The notes under the pieces are model-generated. The model did no database searches, was not told the DNA's origin, and was given only the letters and a program-made list of their open reading frames with translations. A stretch of DNA of 64,000 nucleotides from Planotetraspora phitsanulokensis (lineage in GTDB: Bacteria; Actinomycetota; Actinomycetes; Streptosporangiales; Streptosporangiaceae), in contig NZ_BOOP01000035.1 in assembly GCF_016863295.1 (NCBI RefSeq), positions 37,952 through 101,951 of the forward strand, given 5' to 3'. Below, one piece after another: positions 8,835 through 19,046 of the stretch (position 1 is its first letter; every line of letters begins with the position of its first letter). Both the position numbers and the translations under genes were made by a program.

Positions 8835-9737
8835 TCAGGCCGGCAGGCCCGCCCGCCGTACGTGATCCAGGAAGCGGCGGGCGGCGGGGCTGGCCGCATG
8901 CCCCTTCGGCAGGATGAGGTCGACCCGGCGCTCCAGGCGGACGCCCGTGAGCGGGACGAGCCGAAACGAACCCGTGGGCCGCGGGTGGAGGGAGAAGTCC
9001 AGCCCCTGCGGCACGAGCGCGATACCCACTCCCGCCGCGACGAGATCGAGCACCATCGTCCATTCGTTGACCTCACACACGACGCGGCGGGTCAGACCGG
9101 CGTCCCTGAAGGCCGAGTCGATCATCACCCGGATCGCCCACTCGGGATGGGTCTCCACGAAACTCTCGCCGTCCAACTGCTCGAATGTGAGGGAGTCGGC
9201 CGCCGCGAGCGGGTGGTCGGGAGCACAGGCCACCACGAGGGGCTCCGCGACGAGAGGCACGACGTCGAGGCCGGACATGTGATCGGGCACCGCCGAGACG
9301 AGCGCGCAGTCGAGCTCTCCTGACGTGATCATCGTGAGCATCTGCAGGGCGGGCAGTTGCCGTACGGCGATGTCGACGCCCGGATGCGCCCGGGAGAAAT
9401 CGGCGAGCCAGCTCGTGAAGGGCAACGTGTGCCCGATGGTCTGCAGGGCGCCGATGCGCAGCCGTCCGGTCAGGACTCCGTGGACGTCCCGGACGGCCTG
9501 CCGGGCGGCCTCCGCCGCGTCCAGGGTGTGACGCGCGGCGGGGAGCAGGGCCTCCCCCTCGGCCGTCAGCCGGACCGGGCGGGTCCCCCGGATGAACAGC
9601 AGCGCGCCGACCTCCTTCTCCAACGCCCGGACGGAGGACGACAGGCCGGACTGGACGATTAACTCGCGGGCGGCCGCGCGGGTGAAGCTGCGCTCCTCGG
9701 CCAGGGCGACGAAGTGGCGCAGATGACGGAGCTCCAT
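8835..9737 (-). CDS. LysR family transcriptional regulator.
   Basis: N-terminal LysR HTH (MELRHLRHFVALAEERSFTRAAARELIVQSGLSSSVRALEKEVGALLF) plus a substrate-binding domain. Divergent from the MFS transporter gene. Confidence 0.9.
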   Translation of the reverse strand: MELRHLRHFVALAEERSFTRAAARELIVQSGLSSSVRALEKEVGALLFIRGTRPVRLTAEGEALLPAARHTLDAAEAARQAVRDVHGVLTGRLRIGALQTIGHTLPFTSWLADFSRAHPGVDIAVRQLPALQMLTMITSGELDCALVSAVPDHMSGLDVVPLVAEPLVVACAPDHPLAAADSLTFEQLDGESFVETHPEWAIRVMIDSAFRDAGLTRRVVCEVNEWTMVLDLVAAGVGIALVPQGLDFSLHPRPTGSFRLVPLTGVRLERRVDLILPKGHAASPAARRFLDHVRRAGLPA

Positions 9738-9884
9738 CGGCCGAGTATCTCAACAGGAGATGGAACTCATCTCCACCAGGTGCACCAGAGCTGGTACGAG
9801 CCCTCGCACGGGACATGTTGTCCCAGGCGACAGCCGGCCGCCCCGGGCCGAGGCGATCGACCACCCAGCTTCGAAAGGCACCAG

Positions 9885-11132
9885 ATGACCACCGCACACG
9901 TCCCCGACCAGGTGTCCTCACCCGCTCCCGAGGCGCCTGGCCGGCGCATGCGCGTCTCTCACATGTCCGGGTTCTGGGCGGTGGCGGCGGCCTTCACCTC
10001 CCTGATGGCCTTCGGCACCGTCCCGACTCCGCTCTGGCCCCTCTACCAGGCACGCGATCATTTCGGCGCGACCACGGTCACCGTCGCCTTCGCCGTCATG
10101 GGCGTGGGCGCCGCCGGCAGCCTGCTCGCTCTCGGCCATCTGTCCGACCGGCTCGGGCGCCGCCGGGTGATCGTGCCCGCGCTGCTGGCCGGCATCGTGT
10201 CCGCCGTCGTGCTGGCGGCCTGGCCCGCGCTTCCCGGGCTGATCGTCGGACGGCTGCTCACCGGCGTCGCCGTCGGGCTCATGGCCTCCACCGCCACGGC
10301 CTACATCACCGATCTCCACCACCAGGCCCGGCCCGAACGCGCCGGCTCGCCTCTGCCCGGGCTCGTCGCGACAGCCGCCAACCTCGGAGGGCTGGCCCTC
10401 GGGCCGCTCGTGGCGGGCGTCCTCGCCGAGTGGGCCCCCGCTCCCCTGGCCACCTCCTACGTCCTGTTCGCCGCCCTGATGGCCGTCCTGCTGGTGCTGG
10501 TGCTGGTCAGCCCCGAGACCGTCGACACCGAACTCAAGGCCGAGGCCCGGCCCGGCCGGTTCGCCCTCCGCCTCGGTCGTCGCACCGCGTTCGGCGGCGC
10601 GGCCGCGGTCGGCTTCTTCGCCTTCGCCGTGATGGGCCTGTTCTCCTCCCTCGGCGCGATCATCGTCCGCGGGCAGCTCGGCATCACGTCCCAGTTCGTG
10701 GGCGGCCTCGCACCCTTCACCGTCTTCGCCGCGTCCGCCTTGGGGCAACTCGTGCTGGGCAGGCTCCCCCTGCACCGCCTGCTCATGACGGGCACGCTGC
10801 TCTTCCCCGCCGGTCTGGCGCTCACGGCGCTCTCGCTCTACCACCCCGCGCTCTGGTTGTTCCTCGTCGCCGCCGCTCTGGCGGGCGCCGGAGCCGGTCT
10901 CCTCTTCAAGGGAGCCGTCACCCAGAGCGCCGTCTCGGCCGTCCCCACCTCCCGGGCGGGCGTGCTGGCGACCTTCTTCGTCGTCGCCTACCTCGGCATG
11001 GGCCTGCCGTCGATCGCGTTCAGCCTCGTCATCCAGCACACGGCCCTCGAAGCCACGATGATCGGCTTCGCCGTCGCCCTGTCCCTCGGCGCCGTCGCCG
11101 CCGTCGTCACCGCCATCCGCACCGCGAGGTGA
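9885..11132 (+). CDS. MFS transporter (12-TM).
   Basis: ATG at 9885 is preceded by GAAAGG. The long upstream extension in the ORF track (from 9714) has no RBS and is not hydrophobic. MFS motif GRLSDRLGRRRV present. Confidence 0.85.
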   Translation: MTTAHVPDQVSSPAPEAPGRRMRVSHMSGFWAVAAAFTSLMAFGTVPTPLWPLYQARDHFGATTVTVAFAVMGVGAAGSLLALGHLSDRLGRRRVIVPALLAGIVSAVVLAAWPALPGLIVGRLLTGVAVGLMASTATAYITDLHHQARPERAGSPLPGLVATAANLGGLALGPLVAGVLAEWAPAPLATSYVLFAALMAVLLVLVLVSPETVDTELKAEARPGRFALRLGRRTAFGGAAAVGFFAFAVMGLFSSLGAIIVRGQLGITSQFVGGLAPFTVFAASALGQLVLGRLPLHRLLMTGTLLFPAGLALTALSLYHPALWLFLVAAALAGAGAGLLFKGAVTQSAVSAVPTSRAGVLATFFVVAYLGMGLPSIAFSLVIQHTALEATMIGFAVALSLGAVAAVVTAIRTAR

Positions 11133-11139
11133 CAGCGAT

Positions 11140-12144
11140 TCAGGCCGGCGTGGCGAGAAGGGATTCCGCGATGGTCGTACGGGCGTAGAGCACCGAGTGG
11201 CCCGCACGATGGGCGCTGACCATGCCCGCGTCCCGGAGGGCGGTCAGGTGCTGGGAGACCCCGGCCGCGGAGATGCCGGTGCGGCGGGCGAGTTCGGTCG
11301 TGGAGGCCGGGGCCTCCAACTCGGCCAGGATGACGGACCGGGAGCGGCCGAGGACCCGCGCGATCGCCTCGATGTGCGCGACGGGGCGGTGCTCCCACAA
11401 CGTGCCGATGCCGCGGGCGGGATAGGCGAGCTGGGGCGGCTCCGGCGAGCGCGACCAGGTGAGCATGCCGTCGGCGAAGACGGAGGGGACCAGCAGCAAC
11501 CCCGACCCGGTCGTCTCCCGGCGGATGCCGCAGTGCCTGCGGACCAGCCGGAGGGTGTTGTCGTCCCAGCTCACCGTGGAGTGCAGGTCGTTGAAGAGGT
11601 GGCCCGCGCCGCGCTCGGCGACCTGCCGGGCACGGTGGAAGACGTCCGCGTCGAGCACCACGCGGATCTTCGCCCAGTAGGGGGCGAGCGCCAGCCCCCA
11701 GTAGACCTCGATCTCCTCCGTCAGGCGGGCCAGCCGGCCTTCCGGGTCGGCGCGAAGAGCCCTGCCGAGGGGACCGGTGCCGCCGAGGACGTCGAGGTCG
11801 GCCAGCACCTGATCGGCCGGGGTGGCGCGGATGGCGGCGAGTTCGGCGTCGAGCGTGGGAGTCGGCTCGTCGGGCGGCGGGGTGAGGAAGTCGGGAAGGT
11901 AGCGACTGGCCGGGATCAGTTCGGCCAAATAGCCCGAGTCCAGCCTGGCGGCGGCGACGCGCGGCCGTACCTGATCGAACCACGTGCGGTGCACGGGATG
12001 GGCCGAGCCCATCGCGAGCAGCCGGAAGCTGGTGACGACCTCCCACATCGGCGAGATCGCGAACCGGGTCAGGGCCAGATCGTCGGCCGAGAAGGCCAGT
12101 TCGGACAACACGGCCGCTCCAAGATTCGATCTGGACTTAATCAA
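11140..12144 (-). CDS. DUF5937-type winged-helix (ArsR-like C-terminal HTH) transcriptional regulator, divergent from an MFS transporter.
   Basis: N-terminal motif (FSADDLALTRFAISPMWEVVTSFRLL) typical of this family. C-terminal ArsR-like HTH (STTELARRTGISAAGVSQHLTALRDAGMV). True start may be GTG near 12111. Confidence 0.65.
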   Translation of the reverse strand: MIKSRSNLGAAVLSELAFSADDLALTRFAISPMWEVVTSFRLLAMGSAHPVHRTWFDQVRPRVAAARLDSGYLAELIPASRYLPDFLTPPPDEPTPTLDAELAAIRATPADQVLADLDVLGGTGPLGRALRADPEGRLARLTEEIEVYWGLALAPYWAKIRVVLDADVFHRARQVAERGAGHLFNDLHSTVSWDDNTLRLVRRHCGIRRETTGSGLLLVPSVFADGMLTWSRSPEPPQLAYPARGIGTLWEHRPVAHIEAIARVLGRSRSVILAELEAPASTTELARRTGISAAGVSQHLTALRDAGMVSAHRAGHSVLYARTTIAESLLATPA

Positions 12145-12153
12145 TGGTCATGA

Positions 12154-13410
12154 GTGTACGGCGGACGCAGGATCACCGTCATGCTCTCCACCTTCAGCGG
12201 GCTGCCCCGTACCGCCTGGGTCGTCTTCGCCGGCACCGTGGTGAACCGACTCGGTTACGTGGTCACCCCCTTCCTCGTCTTCTACCTCGGGTCGCGCGGC
12301 ATCCCCACCGCGCAGACCCCGTACGTCCTGGGTGCGCTGGGCGCGGGCAACCTGATCGGCCCCGTGGTGGGCGGCCTGCTCGCCGACCGGGTTGGCCGGC
12401 GTCCCACGATGTTGACCGGACTGATCGGGACGGCTCTCGCCCAGGGCCTGTTGTTCGCCGCGCCGAACGTGGTCACGCTGGCACTCGCCGCAGCGCTCCT
12501 CAGCGCGGCGGGTTCGATGGTCAGCCCGGCCTCCGGCGCGCTGCTCGCCGACACGGTGCCGGCGGAGCGGCGGCGCACCGCCTTCTCGCTGCTGCACTGG
12601 GCGATCAACATCGGCACCGCGGTGGCTGGAATGCTCGGCGGGTTCCTGGCGACGCACGGCTACTGGCTGCTGTTCGCGATGGACGCGGCGACGTCGCTGG
12701 CGTTCGCGCTCATCGTCGTCACGCTGCTCCCCGGCGGTGACGCCGTCGCCGCACGGGCCGCCGATTCCGCGAGCGGCGTGGGATACGGAGTGGTGTTCCG
12801 GGATCCGCTGATGCGGGCACTGCTCCCGCTGACCGGCGTCGGACTGGCGATCTACTCGCTCACCGAGGTCTGCCTGCCGCTGGCGATCCGCGACCACGGC
12901 CTGCCCGCCACCACGCTCGGCCTGATGGCCACGCTGAACGCCGCCCTGGTGGTAGTGCTGCAACCGATCGCCACGAACGTCCTGGCCCGGTTCCGGCAGA
13001 TCCCGGTCTACGTGTGCGCGAGCGTGCTCGCCTCGATCGGCATCGCCCTGACCGGAGTGGCACACGACACCTGGTCGTACGGGGGGACCGTCGTTCTCTG
13101 GTCCGTCGGCGAGGCGATGGTCGGCGGCATCCCCGGCGCGATCGTCGCGAGCCTCGCCCCGGCCGACGCGCGCGGCCGCTACCAGGGCAGCTTCCAGTGG
13201 ACCTGGGGCATCGCCCGATTCACCACCCTGGCTGTGGGCACCACCGTCTACGCCGCCGCCGGCCCCGCCGTGGTCTGGTGGTTCAGCGCCGTCGCAGGCG
13301 TCGCCGCCGCCCTCGGAGTCGGCGCCCTGGCCCCGATGATCTCCCGTCGCACGGCAGCTCCCACTCCCGTCGCCGACCCCGCTCCCGTTCTCGGCGAGGC
13401 CGCGGCCTGA
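12154..13410 (+). CDS. MFS transporter.
   Basis: 12 predicted TM segments. Motif ADRVGRRPTM. Alternative start ATG at 12181. Confidence 0.8.
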   Translation: MYGGRRITVMLSTFSGLPRTAWVVFAGTVVNRLGYVVTPFLVFYLGSRGIPTAQTPYVLGALGAGNLIGPVVGGLLADRVGRRPTMLTGLIGTALAQGLLFAAPNVVTLALAAALLSAAGSMVSPASGALLADTVPAERRRTAFSLLHWAINIGTAVAGMLGGFLATHGYWLLFAMDAATSLAFALIVVTLLPGGDAVAARAADSASGVGYGVVFRDPLMRALLPLTGVGLAIYSLTEVCLPLAIRDHGLPATTLGLMATLNAALVVVLQPIATNVLARFRQIPVYVCASVLASIGIALTGVAHDTWSYGGTVVLWSVGEAMVGGIPGAIVASLAPADARGRYQGSFQWTWGIARFTTLAVGTTVYAAAGPAVVWWFSAVAGVAAALGVGALAPMISRRTAAPTPVADPAPVLGEAAA

Positions 13411-13454
13411 TCGCGGCGCCGTCCGCCGTGGTCCTCCAGCACTCCGGCGATGAG

Positions 13455-14264
13455 TCAGGGCACCAGGTAGGCGGTGTCGCGGGCGTCGGTGATCGCCATG
13501 TGGCCGGGCGCGTGGCCGATGGCGAACGGCGGCCGCGACCGCATCACCGCCGCCTGGGGAGTGACCCCGCAGGCCCAGAAGACCGGCAGCTCGCCGGCGC
13601 GCACCTCCACCACGTCCCCGAAGTCCGGGCGGTCGAGGTCGGCGATGCCCAGCGCGGCGGGATCGCCCACATACACCGGGGCGCCGTGCACGGCCGGGTA
13701 ACGCGAGGTGATCCGGACCGCGGCCGGCACCAACTCGGCGGGGACCGGGCGCATCGACACCACGAGGGGACCGGACAACTCGCCCGCCGGCCGGCACGGG
13801 CGGTCGGTCAGGTACATGGGCACGTTCGTGCCCGCCTCGATGTGACGCACCGGCACACCCGCCTCCAGCAGCGCCGCCTCGAAGGTGAAGCTGCAGCCGA
13901 TGAGGAAGCAGACCAGGTCGTCACGCCAGTAGGAGCTCACGTCGGCGACCTCGGCCACCTGCTCGCCGTTCCGGTACACGCGGTAGGCGGGCAGGTCGGT
14001 GCGCAGGTCGCCGTCGAAGATCGACGCGGCGGTCTCGCCCGGCTCGGTGACGTCCAGCACCGGGCATGACCGCGGGTTGCGCTGGGCGAACAGCAGGAAG
14101 TCGTACGCCCGGTCCCGCGGCAGCGCGATCAGGTTGGCCTGGGTCCAGCCCGCGGCCCAGCCGGAGGTGGGCGTGACGAGCCCCGCCCGGAAGAGCGCCC
14201 GCGCCTCCCGTGGGGTCAGCCGGGCCCGGTCGGTCACGTCCCCGCCCGCTCTCATGCTCACCAC
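13455..14264 (-). CDS. DUF1445 / UPF0317 family protein (putative hydro-lyase, D-glutamate-cyclase-like).
   Basis: Conserved blocks ([15 protein letters not shown]; [17 protein letters not shown]; [14 protein letters not shown]) as I recall them for this family. Confidence 0.6.
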   Translation of the reverse strand: MVSMRAGGDVTDRARLTPREARALFRAGLVTPTSGWAAGWTQANLIALPRDRAYDFLLFAQRNPRSCPVLDVTEPGETAASIFDGDLRTDLPAYRVYRNGEQVAEVADVSSYWRDDLVCFLIGCSFTFEAALLEAGVPVRHIEAGTNVPMYLTDRPCRPAGELSGPLVVSMRPVPAELVPAAVRITSRYPAVHGAPVYVGDPAALGIADLDRPDFGDVVEVRAGELPVFWACGVTPQAAVMRSRPPFAIGHAPGHMAITDARDTAYLVP

Positions 14265-14294
14265 TCAACGATGCCAGGTCCGGGATGAGAAACA

Positions 14295-14333
14295 GGCCGG
14301 GTCCACTGACGCAGGATGTCAGTGGACCCGGCC
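14295..14333. promoter_or_regulatory. Perfect 16-bp inverted repeat GGCCGGGTCCACTGAC-(7 nt)-GTCAGTGGACCCGGCC in the divergent intergenic region between the 14264(-) and 14347(+) gene starts.
   Basis: Read directly from the sequence: 14295-14310 is the reverse complement of 14318-14333. Confidence 0.5.
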
Positions 14334-14346
14334 TAGCGTTCGCGGC

Positions 14347-14850
14347 ATGACGGAGAACACGGACACAGACGGCCGCCATGACTTCGACTTCTTCCACGGC
14401 CACTGGAAAACGCACAACCGCAAGTTGGCCGACGTGCTCGATCGCGACTGCGCGACCTGGATCGAGTTCGACTCGACCGTCCGCTGCGAGCCCGTTCTCG
14501 GCGGGCTGGGCAATGTCGAGCCCTTCTCGGCGCCGGCCATGCCGCCGTCGGGGGATCCGTTCGACGCCATGACGCTGCGGTTGTTCGACCCGCGAACCCG
14601 GAACTGGCGGATCTGGTGGATCTCCCCGCGGCAGCCGGGACTGCTCGACGACAACCCCATGGAAGGGCGGTTCAGCGGATCGCACGGCGAGTTCTTCGCA
14701 GTCGAGACCATCGACGGCGAGGAGGTACGGGTGAGATGGGACTGGGACGACCTCGGCTCCGAAGGCGCCCGATGGGAGCAGCGTTTCTCCTACGACGACG
14801 GCGTGACCTGGCACCTGAACTGGACCTCGACTCACACCCGGTCGGACTGA
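14347..14850 (+). CDS. Hypothetical cytoplasmic protein (167 aa).
   Basis: ATG at 14347. ORF with window-typical codon bias. The upstream in-frame extension from 13999 is antisense to the neighbouring gene. No confident family assignment. Confidence 0.55.
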   Translation: MTENTDTDGRHDFDFFHGHWKTHNRKLADVLDRDCATWIEFDSTVRCEPVLGGLGNVEPFSAPAMPPSGDPFDAMTLRLFDPRTRNWRIWWISPRQPGLLDDNPMEGRFSGSHGEFFAVETIDGEEVRVRWDWDDLGSEGARWEQRFSYDDGVTWHLNWTSTHTRSD

Positions 14851-14907
14851 CCGTACGGCAGGCGCCCCCGTTCGCCCCTGCCGTACGGATTCCCTACGCG
14901 GCCGCGA

Positions 14908-16098
14908 TCAGGGGCGCGTGCCGAGGCCGTCGGTCCAACCCATCGACTTGTAGGCCATCGTCAGGAGAGGCTTCTCCCCTTCACCGAAGGCTGCCTGGTA
15001 GGCCAGCAGCCGGCCGGTGTCCGGGTCGACGATCAGCCGGAACTTGGCGGCCGAGTCCGAGGGCACGGTGACCTTCTTTCCGCTCATCTCGATCGCGATG
15101 CCGGAACGGCCGAACGGATCCGTCACCTTTCCGGCCACGGTGAGGCCGGGCTGGTCGGCGAGGACGCGGTAGAGAGCCGCCCGGGTCCCCGGTGTGACCG
15201 GCCCGGCCAGCAGGTCCTGCGCCGTCGACCAGACGTACTGCAGGAAACTGCCCTTGAGGGGGTACTTCGGGTCGTTCACGTCGGCCTGATACCTGCGCTT
15301 CAGCTCCTTCTCCAGGCCGTCCTTGGTGGTGGGCAGCTTCGCGAGCTCGGCCATGCTCAGCTGCTGCTGGCCGATCATGAAGTTGAGCGCCATGTCGTAG
15401 TTGTTGACCCTGGGCTTGGTCGAGCCGCCGGTGTGGAGGGTGAGCGGGGGCGCGCCCATCTCCTTCCACTTGGCCTCGTCGGCCGGCGAGTCGAAGGCTG
15501 TCTTGAAATCGATGCCGGTGATCGTCCGGCTGCGGTCCTTGGGGCTCCGCGCCAACCAGGACTCCTGCGAGGTGGAGACGGAGGCGGTGAAGGGCAACAT
15601 CTTCACCTTCGGGCTCTTCCCCGATCCCGGCTTGGTCACGATCCGGTCGACCCGTGAGGTCTCCCGTTCGAGGGTGTACCAGTAGCGGCCGGTCGTGGCC
15701 GGCTCGCGCGCCGCGGTCGCCGCGGCCGCCAGCAGGACCGAGTGGGCGTCCAACCGGGTCGCCGAAGGACTCGGAGCCGCGGCGACGGGCGTCGTGGACC
15801 GGCCGTCTCCGGAGACCGTGTCCCCGGAGACCATTCCAGGGACGATGATCGCAGCGGCGGCGAGTCCGGCGACGGTGGTGCCGGCGATCAGGAAGAGGGG
15901 ACGACGGCGCTGTGACAAGGTGATCCTTCGGGTCGGTCGGGGGGTTCGGGGGGTCTCGAACGCGCGGGCCAGATCCGCGGACCGGCGCCGTCCGTAGGCG
16001 TCGTCGGCCAGACCGTCCAGCTGCGCCGGCCTGAGCCGGGCGACCAGGTGGTCGGTCATGTCGTGCTCCCGACGGGGGTCTCCGGGCGGGTTCGGCAT
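14908..16098 (-). CDS. Anti-sigma-factor-like membrane protein (paralog of 4597..5697), partner of the ECF sigma at 16098..16646.
   Basis: ATGA overlap with the sigma gene at 16096-16100. TM segment (LFLIAGTTVAGLAAAAIIV). Conserved blocks shared with the first pair. Alternative start at 16059 (MTDHLVARL). Confidence 0.7.
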   Translation of the reverse strand: MPNPPGDPRREHDMTDHLVARLRPAQLDGLADDAYGRRRSADLARAFETPRTPRPTRRITLSQRRRPLFLIAGTTVAGLAAAAIIVPGMVSGDTVSGDGRSTTPVAAAPSPSATRLDAHSVLLAAAATAAREPATTGRYWYTLERETSRVDRIVTKPGSGKSPKVKMLPFTASVSTSQESWLARSPKDRSRTITGIDFKTAFDSPADEAKWKEMGAPPLTLHTGGSTKPRVNNYDMALNFMIGQQQLSMAELAKLPTTKDGLEKELKRRYQADVNDPKYPLKGSFLQYVWSTAQDLLAGPVTPGTRAALYRVLADQPGLTVAGKVTDPFGRSGIAIEMSGKKVTVPSDSAAKFRLIVDPDTGRLLAYQAAFGEGEKPLLTMAYKSMGWTDGLGTRP

Positions 16099-16646
16099 CA
16101 GATCTCCTCCAAGGACGGGCGGGCTGCTGCCCGGTACGGCGGCGCGACTCGTTTCTCCGCCCGCATCGCCTTGGACAGGCGTGTGCGGGCACGGTGGAGA
16201 CGCACGTTGTAGGTGCGGGCCGAGCAGCCCATGACGGCGGCGGCCTGTTCGGGCGTGAGGCCGTGCCAGGTGGCGAGCGTGATCGCCTCGAGGTCCTTCT
16301 CGCGGAGGGAGGCGAGCGCGGTGAGCGCGTCCTCCCTGTCCAGCACGTGCTCGGCGACGTCCCAGCTCGTCTGGTCGGCCGCCGTCGTGAGCGCCGCGAT
16401 CCGGTCGATCAGGGCCTGGCGGCGGTGACGTACGTCACGCTGTTTGGCGAGCAGGTTACGAGCCACTCCGAGCAGCCACGGCAGCGGCTGATCGGGAAGC
16501 TCGTCCAGGCGCCGCCAGGCGACCAGGAACGTCTCGCTCGACACGTCCTCCGCCGTCTCGCGCTCGGCGCGCAGCAGCGCGTAACCGAACACGCTGCGGT
16601 AGTGCCGGTCGTAGAGGTTGGTGAAGCGTTCTTGAGGATCGTTCAC
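16098..16646 (-). CDS. ECF RNA polymerase sigma factor (second copy).
   Basis: FTNLYDRHYRSVFGYALL (region 2.1/2.2). ETFLVAWRRLDELP. Region 4 HTH (ITLATWHGLTPEQAAAVMGCSARTYNVRLHRARTRL). GTG at 16646 is preceded by GGGAGGG. Alternative ATG at 16739. Confidence 0.8.
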   Translation of the reverse strand: MNDPQERFTNLYDRHYRSVFGYALLRAERETAEDVSSETFLVAWRRLDELPDQPLPWLLGVARNLLAKQRDVRHRRQALIDRIAALTTAADQTSWDVAEHVLDREDALTALASLREKDLEAITLATWHGLTPEQAAAVMGCSARTYNVRLHRARTRLSKAMRAEKRVAPPYRAAARPSLEEI

Positions 16647-16936
16647 ACCAAGTAGTCCCTCCCGGCGCGCCCCGATTACCGCCCCCGACAAGGAATACGC
16701 GATCGATTCGCCCCCGAATCCGACCAAGGAAGTGATCATGGTCGTGACCTGCGCGTCAAGGCTCGATGAGGCGTGTTCAATTCCTGAACAATGTGTTGCG
16801 GCCCGCTTCCCCGAGGACGCAGGATCTCCAAGTACCGGGGCCGACACCCCCGGCCCGGCGAGATCGGCCGGCGTCGACGACGCCGATCGTCCCCTCGGCG
16901 GGCGACTGCCTGGTGGCCGACGGAGGAGGACCAAGC

Positions 16937-17842
16937 ATGGCGACGCAGTTCGACGATCTCGCCGCTCAGGCGCCGGTCAACTGCGATCAGCTTGGGGGCG
17001 AACGCACCGAGTGGATACTCGCTCAGCAGCTCCAGTTCGCCGCGGACGTCTCGCATGAGCTGCGGACGCCTCTGGCCGCGTTGAGACTCCAGTTGGAGGA
17101 GGCTCTGCTGCACCAGGACGAGACCGAGCTTCCCGGCCTGCTCGCCGGCCTGTTGCGTGATGTCGACCGGCTCGAGTCGATCACGACCGACCTGCTCCTG
17201 CTCACGCGAGTGGCCGCCGGCCCGAGGCCGTCCGAACAGGAGAAGGTCGACCTGGCCGACACGGTGCGGGTGGGCGTCTCCCGGCGGGCGAGCGGCCACG
17301 AGGTCCGGCTCCGGCTCGAGCGCGGAGTGATCGTCAAGGCCGTCCCGAGCCAGCTCGACCGGTTGCTCGCCAACCTGCTCGACAACGCACACCGGCACGC
17401 GAGGACCACGGTCGAGATCCGGGTCCGCCGCGACGGCGACTGCGCCGAGCTCCACGTCATCGATGACGGTCCGGGCGTCGCGGCCCCGGATCGAGAAAGG
17501 ATCTTCAGGCGCTTCAGCCGGCTCGACGCCGCCCGCAGCCGCGAGAGCGGAGGCACCGGCCTCGGCCTGGCGATCGCCCGAGACATCGCGCACGCCCACA
17601 AGGGCACGCTCCACGTGGGGGACGCCGCGGGCGGCGGCGCGTCCTTCGTCCTTCGACTTCCTCTGGCCGACCCTCCCGACCGACCCGTCAGGTTGTGGGA
17701 GCGTCTGAGGCAGAACCCGGTGACCAATCTCTGGGGTCCACAGGATTCCCTCGTCATCGTGACCGCCTGTTGTCCACCAGGTCCGGTCGCGTCGGCGAGT
17801 ACACGATCCTTCCAGGTGACCAGGTCAGCGGAGGCTGTCTAG
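16937..17842 (+). CDS. Histidine kinase lacking any transmembrane or sensor domain (DHp + HATPase_c only); orphan, with no adjacent response regulator.
   Basis: ATG at 16937 with strong RBS GGAGGAGGA (5-nt spacer). H-box (FAADVSHELRTPLAAL). N/G boxes (LLDNAHRHA; DDGPGV; GGTGLGLAIA). Confidence 0.75.
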   Translation: MATQFDDLAAQAPVNCDQLGGERTEWILAQQLQFAADVSHELRTPLAALRLQLEEALLHQDETELPGLLAGLLRDVDRLESITTDLLLLTRVAAGPRPSEQEKVDLADTVRVGVSRRASGHEVRLRLERGVIVKAVPSQLDRLLANLLDNAHRHARTTVEIRVRRDGDCAELHVIDDGPGVAAPDRERIFRRFSRLDAARSRESGGTGLGLAIARDIAHAHKGTLHVGDAAGGGASFVLRLPLADPPDRPVRLWERLRQNPVTNLWGPQDSLVIVTACCPPGPVASASTRSFQVTRSAEAV

Positions 17843-17980
17843 TTCGCCGGTACGGCCATGGCGGCGTTCGCCGGCGTGGCCGTACCGGCGGACAACCCTT
17901 CACATGCGGCGATCGAGCAGGGGGTTCGCAACGGTGAAGGCGGCAGGACGGAGGTCCTGCCACCTGGTCCGGGGGCCGAT

Positions 17981-19046
17981 CTACTTGAGCCGGTAACGCC
18001 GGAGCTTCTGATAGAGCGTGCCCCGGGAGATGCCCAGTTTGGCGGCGGCGGCGGACTTGTTGCCCGCGCACTCGATGAGGACATTCGAGATGATCTGGGC
18101 CTCGGCCCGTTCGATCGGAGTGAGCCCGACGGGCTGCGGCTCGGCAGGGGCGCCGGGAAGGGCGCCGCCGGCCTGCCGTCCGACGGGGACGACTCCGCCC
18201 AGCAGGAGCACCACCCCGTCGGCCAGCGTTCCCGGCGTCACGGGGAACATGCGGGCGGTCACCGTCCCGCTGAGGCGGAGCGTCCGCGCCGTCGGCCCGG
18301 CCTCCCTGACCGCCGCCCACAGGCGGCCCTGGTCCAGATTGAGCGACGTCGCCGTCTCATCGGCGATCATGATGTGGTCGTAGAGCGTGATCACCGGGCT
18401 GGTCGTCGCCGCACGGTAGTTGAGGAAGACGTCGAGCAGTCGGCGCTGCTTGGCGGTGGAGGCGGCGTACAGCGCCGCCTTGATCTCGTCGGCGAGGAGT
18501 CGCACCGCCATCCGCAGGAGGTGGTTCGCGTCGGCCGCCTTGCAGGTCACGTTGACGGTGCCGAGGACCTGGCCGGTTATGGGGTGGGCGATCGGCGTGG
18601 CGGCGCACGCCCAGCTGTGCAGGGGTTGCTTGTAGTGCTCTCCGCCCACGATCATCGCCGGGCGGCCGCTTTCGAGGGCCACCCCGATCGCGTTGGTCCC
18701 GGCGTGCGCCTCGCCGTAACGCGCCCCCTTCGCGAATTCGAACCGATCGAGCGCACGGCCCAGGGATCGCTCCGAGACCCAGCGCCAGCTCAGATTGCCG
18801 CTGGTGTCGGTCAGGACCAGGCAGGTCGCGCTGCCCACGAGAACGTCGCCGATCTTCTCCAGCACGGGAGCCGCCGTGCGCACGAACGCGGAGCCCGAGT
18901 CGATCTCGATGTAACCGACGTCGAGGCGGTCGGGGTTCACACCTCTGTGCTGGGACCGTCGCCAGGAATTGACGATCTCCCCCTGGATATCGGTGGGTTC
19001 TCCCCCGGATTGGAAGATCTCCCACGCGTCGAGAGCACGCGCCATG
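17981..19046 (-). CDS. GAF-domain transcriptional regulator with C-terminal Fis-type HTH (AcoR-like N- and C-termini but no sigma-54 AAA+ domain).
   Basis: Start ATG at 19046 (MARALDAWEIF...). The longer 628-aa ORF upstream is low-complexity antisense-like. C-terminal HTH (IERAEAQIISNVLIECAGNKSAAAAKLGISRGTLYQKLRRY). Confidence 0.75.
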
